This document shows positions 40,421 through 50,528 of a DNA stretch of 64,000 bases, in pieces; the first letter of the stretch is position 1; each line of letters begins with the position of its first letter. The DNA comes from Microcoleus sp. Its GTDB lineage: Bacteria; Cyanobacteriota; Cyanobacteriia; Cyanobacteriales; Microcoleaceae. Location: NCBI GenBank assembly GCA_052279835.1, contig CP181291.1, positions 3,392,001 to 3,456,000 on the forward strand, read 5' to 3'. The notes beneath the pieces were generated by a model that was given only the letters and a program-made list of their open reading frames with translations, was not told the DNA's origin and did no database searches. A program made the translations under genes and the position numbers.

Positions 40421-40720
40421 GCTGAGCTCCTAGAATTTTCTTAACTGATCCAAAAAATAGATTAACCCAGAACGTACCCAAAGGCAATTGAGGAAATGGC
40501 AAATTGTCCTTTGCTACCATGGCAACGCTACTAGGGGAGGGTTTCCTCAAAGACACCATCGATGGGTTCTGCACCCTATGATGCAAATCACAATTTTTCC
40601 TGATGTACAATACCAATATCTATGATGACCGGCACTGTTATCTATGCTTTTGACATAGATAATAGAACTAGGCATTAACCGTATATTGAAAACAGCGATC
40701 GCAAAGCAAAGGCTATAAAG

Positions 40721-41476
40721 ATGAAAGAGATTGTAGCATTCATTGAACACAAAAAGCAAGAATTTGTGAAATTGCCGTTGTTTGAATTTCTAACTAATAA
40801 AAGTATCCACCCTAATCAAAGGCTAATTTTTGCACCTGTACTCGATCCTTTGGCAGTGGGATTGAGCGATTTAAACAAGTACGTCCTCCGAGATTCTGCA
40901 AGTAATAACAAAGTTCAGGAACTGATCAATAAATATACTTACAAAGAAAATTACTACTGGCACGGCTATCTGGAATACCTGGAGGAACTGGGATTTAACC
41001 AATCCATGAGTTACGGCGACTTTAGACTGCTTTGGGGTGAAGAAACGAAAAAAACCCGATCGCTCTGTGCCACCTTGGAACGCTACGCTTTTGAAGCATC
41101 TCCTCTGCAAAAAATTGTGTTAGTGGAAGTTCTCGAAGCAACGGCGACAGTTTTTTTTGAGGCTGCCCTGGAAGTGGTAATGGAATTACAGAAAATTACA
41201 AAAAAAGAATATGTCTATTTTGGAGGCGCTTATGTGCGTTTGGAGAATCATCACATTTTAAATACACCAGAAATGTTGCAATTACTTCAAGAAATTAACA
41301 TGACTGAGTGGGAAAAACAACAAGCTTTAGAATTAGCTGACAAAGTATTTGAATTGTTTACAGACGCGATGAACGAATTATTTAGACACACGAAAACCAA
41401 TTCTTGCAATACGGTGCTGCAAGTGGCTTCCTTTGTGGGGTTAGATTCTTCGCTCGACTGTTTGGATTTTTTGTGA
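40721..41476 (+). CDS. heme-oxygenase-like diiron (AetD-like) protein
   Basis: KKQEF.KLPLFEF...QRL...LNKY...W...LEELGF...VEVLEAT...Y.YF pattern recalled from the AetD/HDO family. Confidence 0.6.
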   Translation: MKEIVAFIEHKKQEFVKLPLFEFLTNKSIHPNQRLIFAPVLDPLAVGLSDLNKYVLRDSASNNKVQELINKYTYKENYYWHGYLEYLEELGFNQSMSYGDFRLLWGEETKKTRSLCATLERYAFEASPLQKIVLVEVLEATATVFFEAALEVVMELQKITKKEYVYFGGAYVRLENHHILNTPEMLQLLQEINMTEWEKQQALELADKVFELFTDAMNELFRHTKTNSCNTVLQVASFVGLDSSLDCLDFL

Positions 41477-41627
41477 TAACAGGAGATCCGGTTCCCCTCC
41501 AGGGAGGGGCTAGGGGTGGGTCTTATTTCCCATCATCCTTTTTGTGAGAATCAAACAGCCCCTCCCAAGTGGGGAAGGAAGAAGAGGATGCAGATTTTTT
41601 CCGTTAAGAGTATCTTCGTAAAAAGGT

Positions 41628-42738
41628 TTAAACAATGACTAGATTATCTCTGTGAACCACAGTTTCTACTCCTGGATAGCCTAAAATTTCGGCAATTTTC
41701 TCTGACTTGCATCCCTGAATTTGTCTCAATTCTAAACTGTGATAATTCACCAGTCCCCTGGCAATTTCTTTGCCTTCTGCGTCGCATAACCGCACTGCAT
41801 CTTCTGCTTGAAATTCTCCTTCTATTTGCGAAATTCCGGCGGCTAGCAGCGATTTTCCACCTTGAGTAATTGCATTGACAGCACCTGCATCTAAGTAGAG
41901 TTTCCCCACAGGAATTAGCACGTTGGCTATCCAATGTTTCCTAGCGTTTACAGGGCGCGGTTGAGGCTCGAATTGGGTACCGATGGACTCTCCGTTGATG
42001 ATTTTTTCAATGTTAGCGGGAAAGCGGCCGTTGGTGATGACGGTGCGGGACTCCTGATGCTGTGGCGATTCTGGCTGCTTCAATTTTTGTCACCATTCCG
42101 CCGGTGCCCCAACCGCTGCGGGAATCTCCGGTTTTTACCTGAAATTCTGTGAGCTGTGCCATACTTTGGACTAGGGCGATGGGTTGGGCGTCGGGATTGC
42201 TGCGGGGATCGGCGGAATAAAGTCGATCGACATCTGTGAGCACGAATAACCAATCTGCTTCGACTAAGCTGGCTACTAATGCTGAAAGCGTATCGTTATC
42301 GCCAAATTTTAGTTCATCTACAGCTACAGTATCGTTTTCGTTGACAATGGGAATCACCCCTAATCGCAACAGTTGCCCAAAGGTATTGGAAGCATTAACA
42401 TAACTACTACGCTGCACTAAATCGTGGCGTGTTAGTAAAACTTGGGCGATCGGCTGTTGTAGAGTAGTAAACAAGTCATCGTACACCCGCATCAGTCGCC
42501 CTTGTCCTACGGCGGCTACAGCTTGTTTGAGAGCGATATTTCGCGGGCGTTCTGTCAATCCCAAGCGCGCGCAGCCAACTCCAACTGCACCGGAAGAAAC
42601 CAAAACTACTTGATGACCTTGGTGTCGCAAATTTGTCAAAACTTCGACTAATGTAGCAATGGTGGAAAGGGCTAAGTTTCCTGTAGTCGATCGAGTGAGT
42701 GTCGAAGTTCCTATTTTAACAACTATAGTTTGAGTCAT
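41628..42738 (-). pseudogene. proB: glutamate 5-kinase with a +1 frameshift (likely sequencing error)
   Basis: [30 protein letters not shown], then a PUA domain in another frame. Removing one G at 42047-42049 restores SGV-RTVITNG. Confidence 0.9.
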
Positions 42739-42847
42739 TGGTTATTTGTTATTTGTTATTTGTTATTTGTTGTTTGTTATTTGTTGTTTGTTATTTGTTG
42801 TTTGTTATTTGTTGTTTGTTATTGGTTATTGGTTATTGGTTATTGGC
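42739..42847 (+). repeat. heptamer tandem repeats (TTATTTG/TTGTTTG/TTATTGG)n
   Basis: Directly visible; abuts the proB start codon. Confidence 0.95.
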
Positions 42848-43018
42848 TCTGCCAGCCAGCGAAGTCGAAGGGTTATTGGTCATTGGGAGCAAATAACAAA
42901 TAACCAATGACTACCGTTATACTCCGCGAGTTTTTAATCGCGAACCCAGCCCATAAAAAACCACAAAAAAAAACAACAAGTAACAAGTAACAAATAACTA
43001 ATAACAACTAACTAATGA

Positions 43019-43540
43019 CTAATCTTTAGTTTTCAGAGATGCGCCCAAAGCTTGAGAAACCCAAACTTCAAAAGAGCGTACCGGATATTTCCTCACCGCA
43101 TCCCCAGCATCTACCATGGGTTCTACTAAAATAGTGAACATACCCAAACGATTGCCTGCTAAAACATCGGTAAAAAGTCGATCGCCCACCATCGCCACCT
43201 GTCCCACGGGCAAATCCATCGCATCCAGTGCTCTGCGTAATTTGCGCCGCGAGGGTTTAGCAGCACCAGTGATGTATGGTAGATTCAAAGAATCAGCTAT
43301 TCGACCAATCCGATTCTGACTTAAATTATTGCTGGCCAACCATAGGGATACGACGGGCTTAATCTCTTTTACCCACAAACTGAGTTCGGGAGAAGCATTT
43401 GATGCTGTTATAGGGACGAGAGTTTCATCCACATCTAACACTAATCCTTTTATGTGATATTTCTGAAGAATATCAGCCGTTAAATTCACGACAGCAGTGC
43501 CAAGAACTAAATCGGGCTGTAGTAGTTTACCCCAAGACAT
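43019..43540 (-). CDS. yqeG: YqeG-family HAD IIIA phosphatase
   Basis: LDVDETL, SNN, AKP, VGDRLFTDVLAGNR. Confidence 0.88.
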   Translation of the reverse strand: MSWGKLLQPDLVLGTAVVNLTADILQKYHIKGLVLDVDETLVPITASNASPELSLWVKEIKPVVSLWLASNNLSQNRIGRIADSLNLPYITGAAKPSRRKLRRALDAMDLPVGQVAMVGDRLFTDVLAGNRLGMFTILVEPMVDAGDAVRKYPVRSFEVWVSQALGASLKTKD

Positions 43541-43543
43541 AAT

Positions 43544-43722
43544 TATTTTAGATTTTAGATTTTAGATTTTAGATTGGGAATTGGGAATTGGGCATTGGGC
43601 ATTGAGAATGTATTACTTGTTATTTATTGCTTCTTTTTTGTTGGTGATAATTACCAATTACCAATTACCAATTACCAATTACCCATTACCAATTACCCAT
43701 TACCCATTACCCATTACCCATT
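43544..43722 (+). repeat. mixed heptamer arrays (ATTTTAG)n, (ATTGGGA)n, (ATTACCA/C)n
   Basis: Directly visible between mltG and yqeG. Confidence 0.9.
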
Positions 43723-43742
43723 AACAATTGTCTCATATTCTG

Positions 43743-44867
43743 CTATTGCCCCGATCGCACTTTTTGGTCAATTTGAGCCACAGCAGCATCGTGTTCCGCC
43801 TGAGTGCGGCTGAAAATGTGAGTGCCGTCATACCGCGCCATAAAATACAGATATTCGGTATTTTCAGGAGCTAGAGTCGCTTCCAGACTCGCGATTCCCG
43901 GAGCTGCGATCGGAGTTGGTGGTAGTCCTGCGTTTATATAAGTATTGTAAGGAGAAGGCGTTTCTACCTGCTTAAAAGTCAGAGGCTTCTCCTTAGTTTG
44001 CCTGATGCCGAGAGCATATTCAACTGTCGGGTCAGAACCCAACGGCATACCCTTTTTCAGACGGTTGTTGAATACCCCAGAAATGCGCTGGCGCTCACTG
44101 GCTACCACCGCTTCTTTTTCCACAATACTTGCCAAAGTGACCCACTCTTTCAAATCCAGCTTAGTATTTTTCTGATTTTTTTGATAGACCGGCAGAGCCA
44201 CCTGCTCGAAACGGCTGAGCATTTGCTTAATCACAGCTTCTGGGGTGACAGCATCCCCATCTAACTGATAAGTATCCGGGTACAAAAAACCTTCCAAATG
44301 AGGCAAACCGCTCGGTAGCCAAGGGTATTGAGCGTAGGGAACTTGAGTCACCACCGCCATAAAATTCTTAGCTGGGAAAAAACCTTGTGCTTCAAAATAA
44401 GCGCTCATTTGTGTGAGCGACCAACCTTCGGGAATCGTGAAACTTTGCTGTACGACTTCACCTTTCCAAATTTTGTCAGCCACAGCACTCAGTGGCTGAG
44501 TGGGTGACAGTTGGTAAGTCCCTGCTTTAAAACCTCCCTCCCGGTTTTGCAGAGTCAACCAGCGGGCCCACATATTCCATGCGGAGGCCGATCTAATTAA
44601 CCCCGCAGCTTCCAAATCTCGTCCGATTTGTTGGCTAGAAGTACCTTCGGGAATTTGGATAGAAACAGCATTTTTGACTGCTGGGGTCGTTGACTCAGCA
44701 GCTAGTTTAGCAGGGGCACAAGCCCAGCTCCACCAAGCCCAGCCCTGCCAAGCGCACACACCCCAAACCGCCGGGAGTAACGCTAGATAAAACAACCATT
44801 TAGAAACTTGCGGAGTACCTTTTGGGCCCTCGCGCGCGCTGCTTTTTGTCAGTTGTTCTCGATCCAT
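43743..44867 (-). CDS. mltG: endolytic transglycosylase MltG
   Basis: TIPEG, LEGFLYPDTY, ASIVEKE, SPYNTY...GLPPTPI, YLYF. Confidence 0.93.
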   Translation of the reverse strand: MDREQLTKSSAREGPKGTPQVSKWLFYLALLPAVWGVCAWQGWAWWSWACAPAKLAAESTTPAVKNAVSIQIPEGTSSQQIGRDLEAAGLIRSASAWNMWARWLTLQNREGGFKAGTYQLSPTQPLSAVADKIWKGEVVQQSFTIPEGWSLTQMSAYFEAQGFFPAKNFMAVVTQVPYAQYPWLPSGLPHLEGFLYPDTYQLDGDAVTPEAVIKQMLSRFEQVALPVYQKNQKNTKLDLKEWVTLASIVEKEAVVASERQRISGVFNNRLKKGMPLGSDPTVEYALGIRQTKEKPLTFKQVETPSPYNTYINAGLPPTPIAAPGIASLEATLAPENTEYLYFMARYDGTHIFSRTQAEHDAAVAQIDQKVRSGQ

Positions 44868-44892
44868 AGTCCCTTCTGCCTTCAATTAAGAT

Positions 44893-45472
44893 CTAATCAA
44901 GCTCGTCAAAGAACTGGTCTTCTAGCATAGGTAACATAGGTTCCAGTCTTTCAAACTCTTCTTCCGAGAGCAATTCTGGCTGACCGTCATCATTCATTCT
45001 AGCCAAGATAAAGAACGGGTCGAGAGGCGTATAAATAGCATATTCCTGCTCTTCGTGATAGAAGCTGGTCAACCACATCAATTCCTCAAAATCTGACTCC
45101 TGCTCTGGGGTCGGCATCCGGCTCCGCATCCTCGTCGGGAAAATCTGGCAATTCGCCAATTACCGTCAGAGTCACAGCCGTGCGCCGGAGTGTTAAGTTC
45201 TGCTCTTGCAGGACAACTCTAGCGGTATCAAAAATTTTGTCAATTTCGGTCTCGTCTTCTACGGGAACTGCTGCTTCGTCCGTTGTTTCGTCTCCGTTCC
45301 AAGTAAAAATTTCTACTGGTGAGTCAATGGGAAGCAGTAAAGCGTATTCTTGACCTTCTAAGTCCATAGAATATTCTATGTTGCAAGTCAGCGATCGCCC
45401 AACTTCGTCAGTCAGGGTGACGGAAACTGCGTCGGATTTGCTATTCTGTTTGCGGTATGGGGATGAGGACAT
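44893..45472 (-). pseudogene. DUF3727/DUF1292 family protein with a +1 frameshift (likely sequencing error)
   Basis: Two overlapping ORFs. Removing one G at 45107-45110 joins ...PDAD-PEQESDFEEL...YTPLDP; usual position between ruvX and mltG. Confidence 0.8.
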
Positions 45473-45643
45473 CGCGTGTATCTTATTTTCCTTCTTCAGT
45501 ACCGAGTTTACTGGGAAATTTTCGGCCGTGCGTCAACGGTTACAGGTGTGCGTAGCAAACTTGCACAACTAGGATATCACGGCTTTGTTAAGCTGCTGCG
45601 AAATTGCTAATAGGGTTTGAACCAGCGGGGGCGATCGATCTGC

Positions 45644-46081
45644 CTATGCTTGCCTTCTGTCGTCTAGCCAGCGCTGTAATATTAGGGCTGCGGCTTTGCG
45701 ATCGATCAAACCTTTGTTTTGCGACGGCGAAATTCCTTGTGCTTGGATGAGTTCCTCTGCGTGAACAGAAGTCAGGCGCTCATCCACGTATTCTAGAGGC
45801 AGTTCTAAGGCTCTGGCGATGCGAGTGGCATATTTTTGCACCTGTCGGGCTTGGGGGCCTACGTCTCCGCTCAGGGAGTAGGGCAAGCCTGACACCAAAA
45901 TTTGCACATTCCGCTCTTGGACGAGCTGTCTGATGTAAGCTACGTCTCGATCGAAGGAGGAGCGCACTAGAGTTATAATACCCGTAGCGATTAAACCAGT
46001 GCCATCACACCCGGCGATGCCGACTCGTTTGAGTCCGATATCTAGTCCTAGTGCTGAAATCCACAATTTTTGGTCTGACAT
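45644..46081 (-). CDS. ruvX: pre-16S rRNA nuclease / Holliday junction resolvase-like YqgF
   Basis: LGLDIGLKRVGIA, GLP, VDERLTS, DRKAAALIL. Confidence 0.92.
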   Translation of the reverse strand: MSDQKLWISALGLDIGLKRVGIAGCDGTGLIATGIITLVRSSFDRDVAYIRQLVQERNVQILVSGLPYSLSGDVGPQARQVQKYATRIARALELPLEYVDERLTSVHAEELIQAQGISPSQNKGLIDRKAAALILQRWLDDRRQA

Positions 46082-46236
46082 GAGCGATTGATTTGAGAGT
46101 TAGTTAGTCGTCCCAAAATTCTTGTTTAACGAACCGCGAAGACGCGAAGGACGCTAAGAAATCAGAGAAGGGAGAAGGGAAGAAAGCAGGAAGTAATTGA
46201 TTTTTTTTTCTACTTTCTGCTTTCAAATATTAATTA

Positions 46237-47562
46237 TTAACTTTTTTCTGGCGAGTCTCCGTCTTGAGGCAATTCTGGGAATTTTACAGGTAAGATGCTG
46301 CTGTTATCTGTTGCTGCTGATTCAGAGTTTTGAAAGTTCAATGGGTTAATTTGATTGCCTTGGTTGTTTCCTGAGTCAGTCAACAGGGGTTTAATCTCTG
46401 AGGATGGGGGGCCGGCGGCTGGTTCGGCTGCGATCGGTCCTAGCCACGACATCCTACCGGGTACGGGTTTGCGAGTTGGCTGGAAGCTTTGCAGCATTTC
46501 TGATAGCTGGAGCCCTTCTAGTGAGACCAATTTGGACTCGCGTAATTTGTGCCATACCGATCGCGACATCAGCAAACTGTGTTCTACACGCACGGCTCCA
46601 AATTGCTCTAAATAAGCTTCTCGTTCGGGTTGATAATCGGCCGAAACTAGGTTGAGGCTTTGCACTGGGAAATCTTGGACCAGGCGGGCCATTTGGGATA
46701 GCAGTTCTGGGTAGAGCCAGGTGTAGGCTGGGTGTACTGTCAATTGGGCGATGTGAGGCTCGTTACCGCTGCGGGATAGCTGCACTTGAAAGTAGCCGAT
46801 GGCAGCTTTGCGCTGTGGTTCAAACACGTAAGCACTGACTACTTCTGTTTTTGCTAACCACTGTCTGACACCTTCGATCAAGGCACCTAAAAAACTGGTT
46901 TTGAAGTCTTGAATGTGGCGATCGAATACTTGGCGCACTTGGGGTGGCATGGATGCGGTATCTAGTTGGTAAAGTAACTGAGCGTCGGCATTGCTCACCG
47001 GCAGCAGGTTGGGCAAATCTGGGGTAGAAATGGCCATTTCTTGAAGACGTTCTGGGGCGATCGTCCAATAGGTCATCTGGGCCAAAGGTTGAAACCCATT
47101 TTGCCGATACAAAGCCAGGGCTGATTTGTCGCCCACATTCACCTCTAGCAGCCATGTTCTAGCCTCCCACACGGCCTCGAAGCAGTGTCGCAGTAGCATG
47201 GAACCAATTCCTTTGCTACGGGCTTCTGAGTCTACGCCGATGCGATCGATCCGCCAAGTGCTGCGGGTGCGGTTGAAGGGAGAAATCTGAATTACGCCCT
47301 TAACGATACCCTCTTCTTCAGCAACATGAGCCCGAAACAGCGACTGAAAAGGGTTAGGAAACAGGCTTAAAATCTTTAGGAGTCCGTACCAACGGCGAAG
47401 TTGGTGCAACTTGCGGTTCAATACCAAGTCCGGGCTTGCGCCCTTGGGGTTTTCTGCCTCGTCGGTTGTTTCGGCGCAAAGTTGTTCCATCGCCTCTATG
47501 TCGCGATATTGAAAGGGGCGAATCGCAACCTGGTTTTGGTTTGGGGAATGGAGTGAAGTCAT
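46237..47562 (-). CDS. GNAT family N-acetyltransferase
   Basis: ARSKGIGSMLL, ALALYRQNGF. Confidence 0.85.
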   Translation of the reverse strand: MTSLHSPNQNQVAIRPFQYRDIEAMEQLCAETTDEAENPKGASPDLVLNRKLHQLRRWYGLLKILSLFPNPFQSLFRAHVAEEEGIVKGVIQISPFNRTRSTWRIDRIGVDSEARSKGIGSMLLRHCFEAVWEARTWLLEVNVGDKSALALYRQNGFQPLAQMTYWTIAPERLQEMAISTPDLPNLLPVSNADAQLLYQLDTASMPPQVRQVFDRHIQDFKTSFLGALIEGVRQWLAKTEVVSAYVFEPQRKAAIGYFQVQLSRSGNEPHIAQLTVHPAYTWLYPELLSQMARLVQDFPVQSLNLVSADYQPEREAYLEQFGAVRVEHSLLMSRSVWHKLRESKLVSLEGLQLSEMLQSFQPTRKPVPGRMSWLGPIAAEPAAGPPSSEIKPLLTDSGNNQGNQINPLNFQNSESAATDNSSILPVKFPELPQDGDSPEKS

Positions 47563-47746
47563 AGCAGGAAAGTGGGGAATAGAAAATTAAAAATTAAAAA
47601 TTAAAACATTCCAAAGGGGAAGAATTTAGGAAATTTTGAGTTGTGAATTCATTGCCGATCGCTCAAAATTTTTCGGTTCTGTCCCCTTCTTCCTTGGATT
47701 AAAAATTAAAAATCACTTTTTTAATTTTTAATTTTTAATTTTTAAC

Positions 47747-48937
47747 TCAAGAGTTATTTGGCAGAGGTCGAATTACAACCACCGGTGTACGCTCATCTGC
47801 ATTGCCTGCGGGGTTGCTGCGCAAGGCTTGCTCTAAAAATGTTACCGATAAATCGGAGGTCGCTGCTAATATCTTAACTGCTTTCAAGTCGTTAGCGTCT
47901 ACGATCGCCGCGGCAAGTCCGGTTTCTCGTTGAATTTCTTCTACAACTTGCTGGGGATTGTCGGGTCCAAGCACGATAAATTGGTCAAAGGGAGGTAATG
48001 TGCCCGTAACATCGTCAATCAGTCTAGCTTGTTCCCCTGCTAGTTGGTAGAAGACTCCCGGTTTACCCAATACTTTAGCCACAGCGCCGATCGCAAATGC
48101 TGCAACAACCCGCATCGGGCCCACTACATCCACCAAAGTCTGCATCCCACAGGCTGTAGCCAAACTCGATGTCGGTAAGAAAAACAAGCACACTCGCTTA
48201 GCCGCCCATCCGGGTTTGACTTCGCTGGGATGGCGGTAACGTCCCTGCATCAAAGCTAAGGGAGTTTCTGCTAGGGCGACAATATCTCCTTTCTGGGCGC
48301 GCGGTACCACGTAACGCTTGACAATTTCGACAGGATTGTCCACTTCTGTCAGGATGTGGGTGCGAATTGGCAAAACTTCTGCAACTCCGACATTACGCGC
48401 ATTGGGTACTGTCTCGGAGTTGGGAAATTGCAGCGGTACTACGACGTGGCGGACTTTCGGGATGCGGCCGCCTGGGCCGTAGGTGGTGAAATGTACTTGC
48501 ACCCAAGCTGACTGTAGCTTGCTTAAATCTTGTCCGTGAATGTCTATGGAGACTTTGATTTTCGTCGATTTTTGGGCTTTGACTATGTAGCCGAACCAGT
48601 AATCGTCGGTTCTAGCTGATGCGTCTTTGTGGCAAGGAATCACTTTTGTCTTGGAAGTCACATCATCCAAACTGCCATCTGAGATCAGTTTCACATCTGC
48701 GCGCACTTCCGGCAACATAATCTCAAACCGCTGTGTGAGGTTGCGGAACTCCATTTCCCCTATTAACAGATAGTGGTTGGCTTCGTTTATGGCTAAGTGC
48801 CATTCTCCGGCTGTGAGTTCTAGTTTATTTCCACGGGGAAGCAGGCGATAGTTCAACTCCAGGCCTAGCCCGCCTAATGCTAGCAGCGAACCTGCTGCTG
48901 CGATTCCTGTTGCTAAAGTTTCAATCACTCTAATCAC
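47747..48937 (-). CDS. F420-0:gamma-glutamyl ligase-like protein
   Basis: LPIRTH, ETPLALMQG, IDDVTGTLPPFD, IVDANDL, NPAGNADERTP. Confidence 0.75.
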   Translation of the reverse strand: MIRVIETLATGIAAAGSLLALGGLGLELNYRLLPRGNKLELTAGEWHLAINEANHYLLIGEMEFRNLTQRFEIMLPEVRADVKLISDGSLDDVTSKTKVIPCHKDASARTDDYWFGYIVKAQKSTKIKVSIDIHGQDLSKLQSAWVQVHFTTYGPGGRIPKVRHVVVPLQFPNSETVPNARNVGVAEVLPIRTHILTEVDNPVEIVKRYVVPRAQKGDIVALAETPLALMQGRYRHPSEVKPGWAAKRVCLFFLPTSSLATACGMQTLVDVVGPMRVVAAFAIGAVAKVLGKPGVFYQLAGEQARLIDDVTGTLPPFDQFIVLGPDNPQQVVEEIQRETGLAAAIVDANDLKAVKILAATSDLSVTFLEQALRSNPAGNADERTPVVVIRPLPNNS

Positions 48938-49258
48938 CGCTAATCATAATTTCTGTTTACTGTAGTCGATCTCGGTTACTTCGATCGCCGATCCGGTAGT
49001 AATTGAAGTTCTGGGCGTTGTTGGGACCGCTGGGCTATCTGTGGCGGGGTTGGGGATGGGATGTGCGATCGGGCTTTAACAAAATCAACTAAATGTTAGA
49101 ATTACGACACAGTTATTCAACCGATTTCATTGGTAGATAGAGCTTCATCTGGTTTGGTTTTAACTTTTGAAAACCTATATATCTTTAATAAAAAATTAAC
49201 CAGGTTGAGGTAATTCGGGTAGAGTTTATGACTACCCGAACAGGTCTTATCCCGGTTT

Positions 49259-50347
49259 TTATCCCAACCTGGCTCTCAATTCTTCCGCCGATAACTGAGG
49301 GAATTGTTCTACAAAAACTGTCAATTCATCCACCGATAATGCTAATAAATTGGTAAGGGCTGTAGGCAGAAAATCCCCCAACTCACTTTCGCGCATTTTC
49401 AAGACATTTTCGGCTAATAATCTGACCGCTTGTTGTCTTCCTGCTTCATCGACACTCAGCATCGATATTGCCAGCAACAGCACCGTAAATTCCGCAGCCT
49501 GCAACTTGGATATTGGAGATAAAAAAGCAGTCATTTTTGAATTAATTTCTCCAAATCGCACTCGCAGAAAATTTTCTAAAATCAAGCGTTGTTGTGCTTG
49601 TCTGCCTTGTTCAATTCCTTGTTCAATTCCTTGTTGCTGTGCTGCTTGTACTTGTTGTTGAAAAAGTGGTGCAATGGCCATAATTAACTCCCGCTCTTCT
49701 GGCTCAAATTCTTCTTGAGTTTCGACTACCAAATGTGATTGTAGGCGATACAATAATTCTAGCGCGATAATCCGTAACGGATCGTCTGTTGCTAAACTGC
49801 TCAATTCGGCGATCGCCCTTTGCTGCACTTTCCCTTTCCCTAAAATCCTCAACCACATGGTTTCGGGAGTTTCTGACAATTGGTGAATCACCACAATTGC
49901 GGATTTCAAATGCCTCGGCAAAAAATGGACGCCATTCACCCAATTCTCAGGGTTGGGTATCGCCCCAAAACCCTCCAGCAAGGCTTTCGAGGCTGTAGGC
50001 GTTAGAATCCACAGTCTGGGTAACCGATCGTCATCATAGTGAGTATTTTCTCTTCGGGCTTGTCGCTCCAATTCACCTCGCAAATCCCATAGCTTACTCA
50101 TGCAGCTAATAACTTCGCCGACAATTACAGGATTGCGAAAGGGTTCAAAAATTGCACTCGTGCTAGCCATTTTTCCTAACAATCCCAGGGTGGCTGAGTA
50201 TTCTGGAATTGCAGTACCGGGAGTGAAATAAACATCTACTTCTCGGACTTCAGAAGTCACATCACGACCGATATAGACCGTTCCAATTGGTGACAGCAAT
50301 TCTTCCAGGTATTCTTTAGCAAAGCGATCGTGTATAAATCGCGTCAT
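49259..50347 (-). CDS. Rpn-like PD-(D/E)XK nuclease family protein
   Basis: HDRFAKEYLEELL, EVREVDVYF, FEPFRNP, LWILTPT, ETMWLRILG, QGIEQGIEQG tail. Confidence 0.7.
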   Translation of the reverse strand: MTRFIHDRFAKEYLEELLSPIGTVYIGRDVTSEVREVDVYFTPGTAIPEYSATLGLLGKMASTSAIFEPFRNPVIVGEVISCMSKLWDLRGELERQARRENTHYDDDRLPRLWILTPTASKALLEGFGAIPNPENWVNGVHFLPRHLKSAIVVIHQLSETPETMWLRILGKGKVQQRAIAELSSLATDDPLRIIALELLYRLQSHLVVETQEEFEPEERELIMAIAPLFQQQVQAAQQQGIEQGIEQGRQAQQRLILENFLRVRFGEINSKMTAFLSPISKLQAAEFTVLLLAISMLSVDEAGRQQAVRLLAENVLKMRESELGDFLPTALTNLLALSVDELTVFVEQFPQLSAEELRARLG

Positions 50348-50528
50348 AAAAATTGAGTTTGATATTTACTAATTTAATTATATCAGGTTGTTATCAATTT
50401 TCAGCTATTTTATATGATAAAAAACAGACATATATAATAAACTAAAGCACCCAGAAACCCGACTATTTTAAAAAGTCGGGTTTCTAACATATCTCGAATT
50501 TTAGGTTCAATAAGAATCCCATCGACAA

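Noticed and set aside
41628..45472. Programmed frameshifting or phase variation in proB and DUF3727
   Set aside because: The runs are only 3-4 nt with no slippery heptamer or stimulatory structure; sequencing error is simpler.
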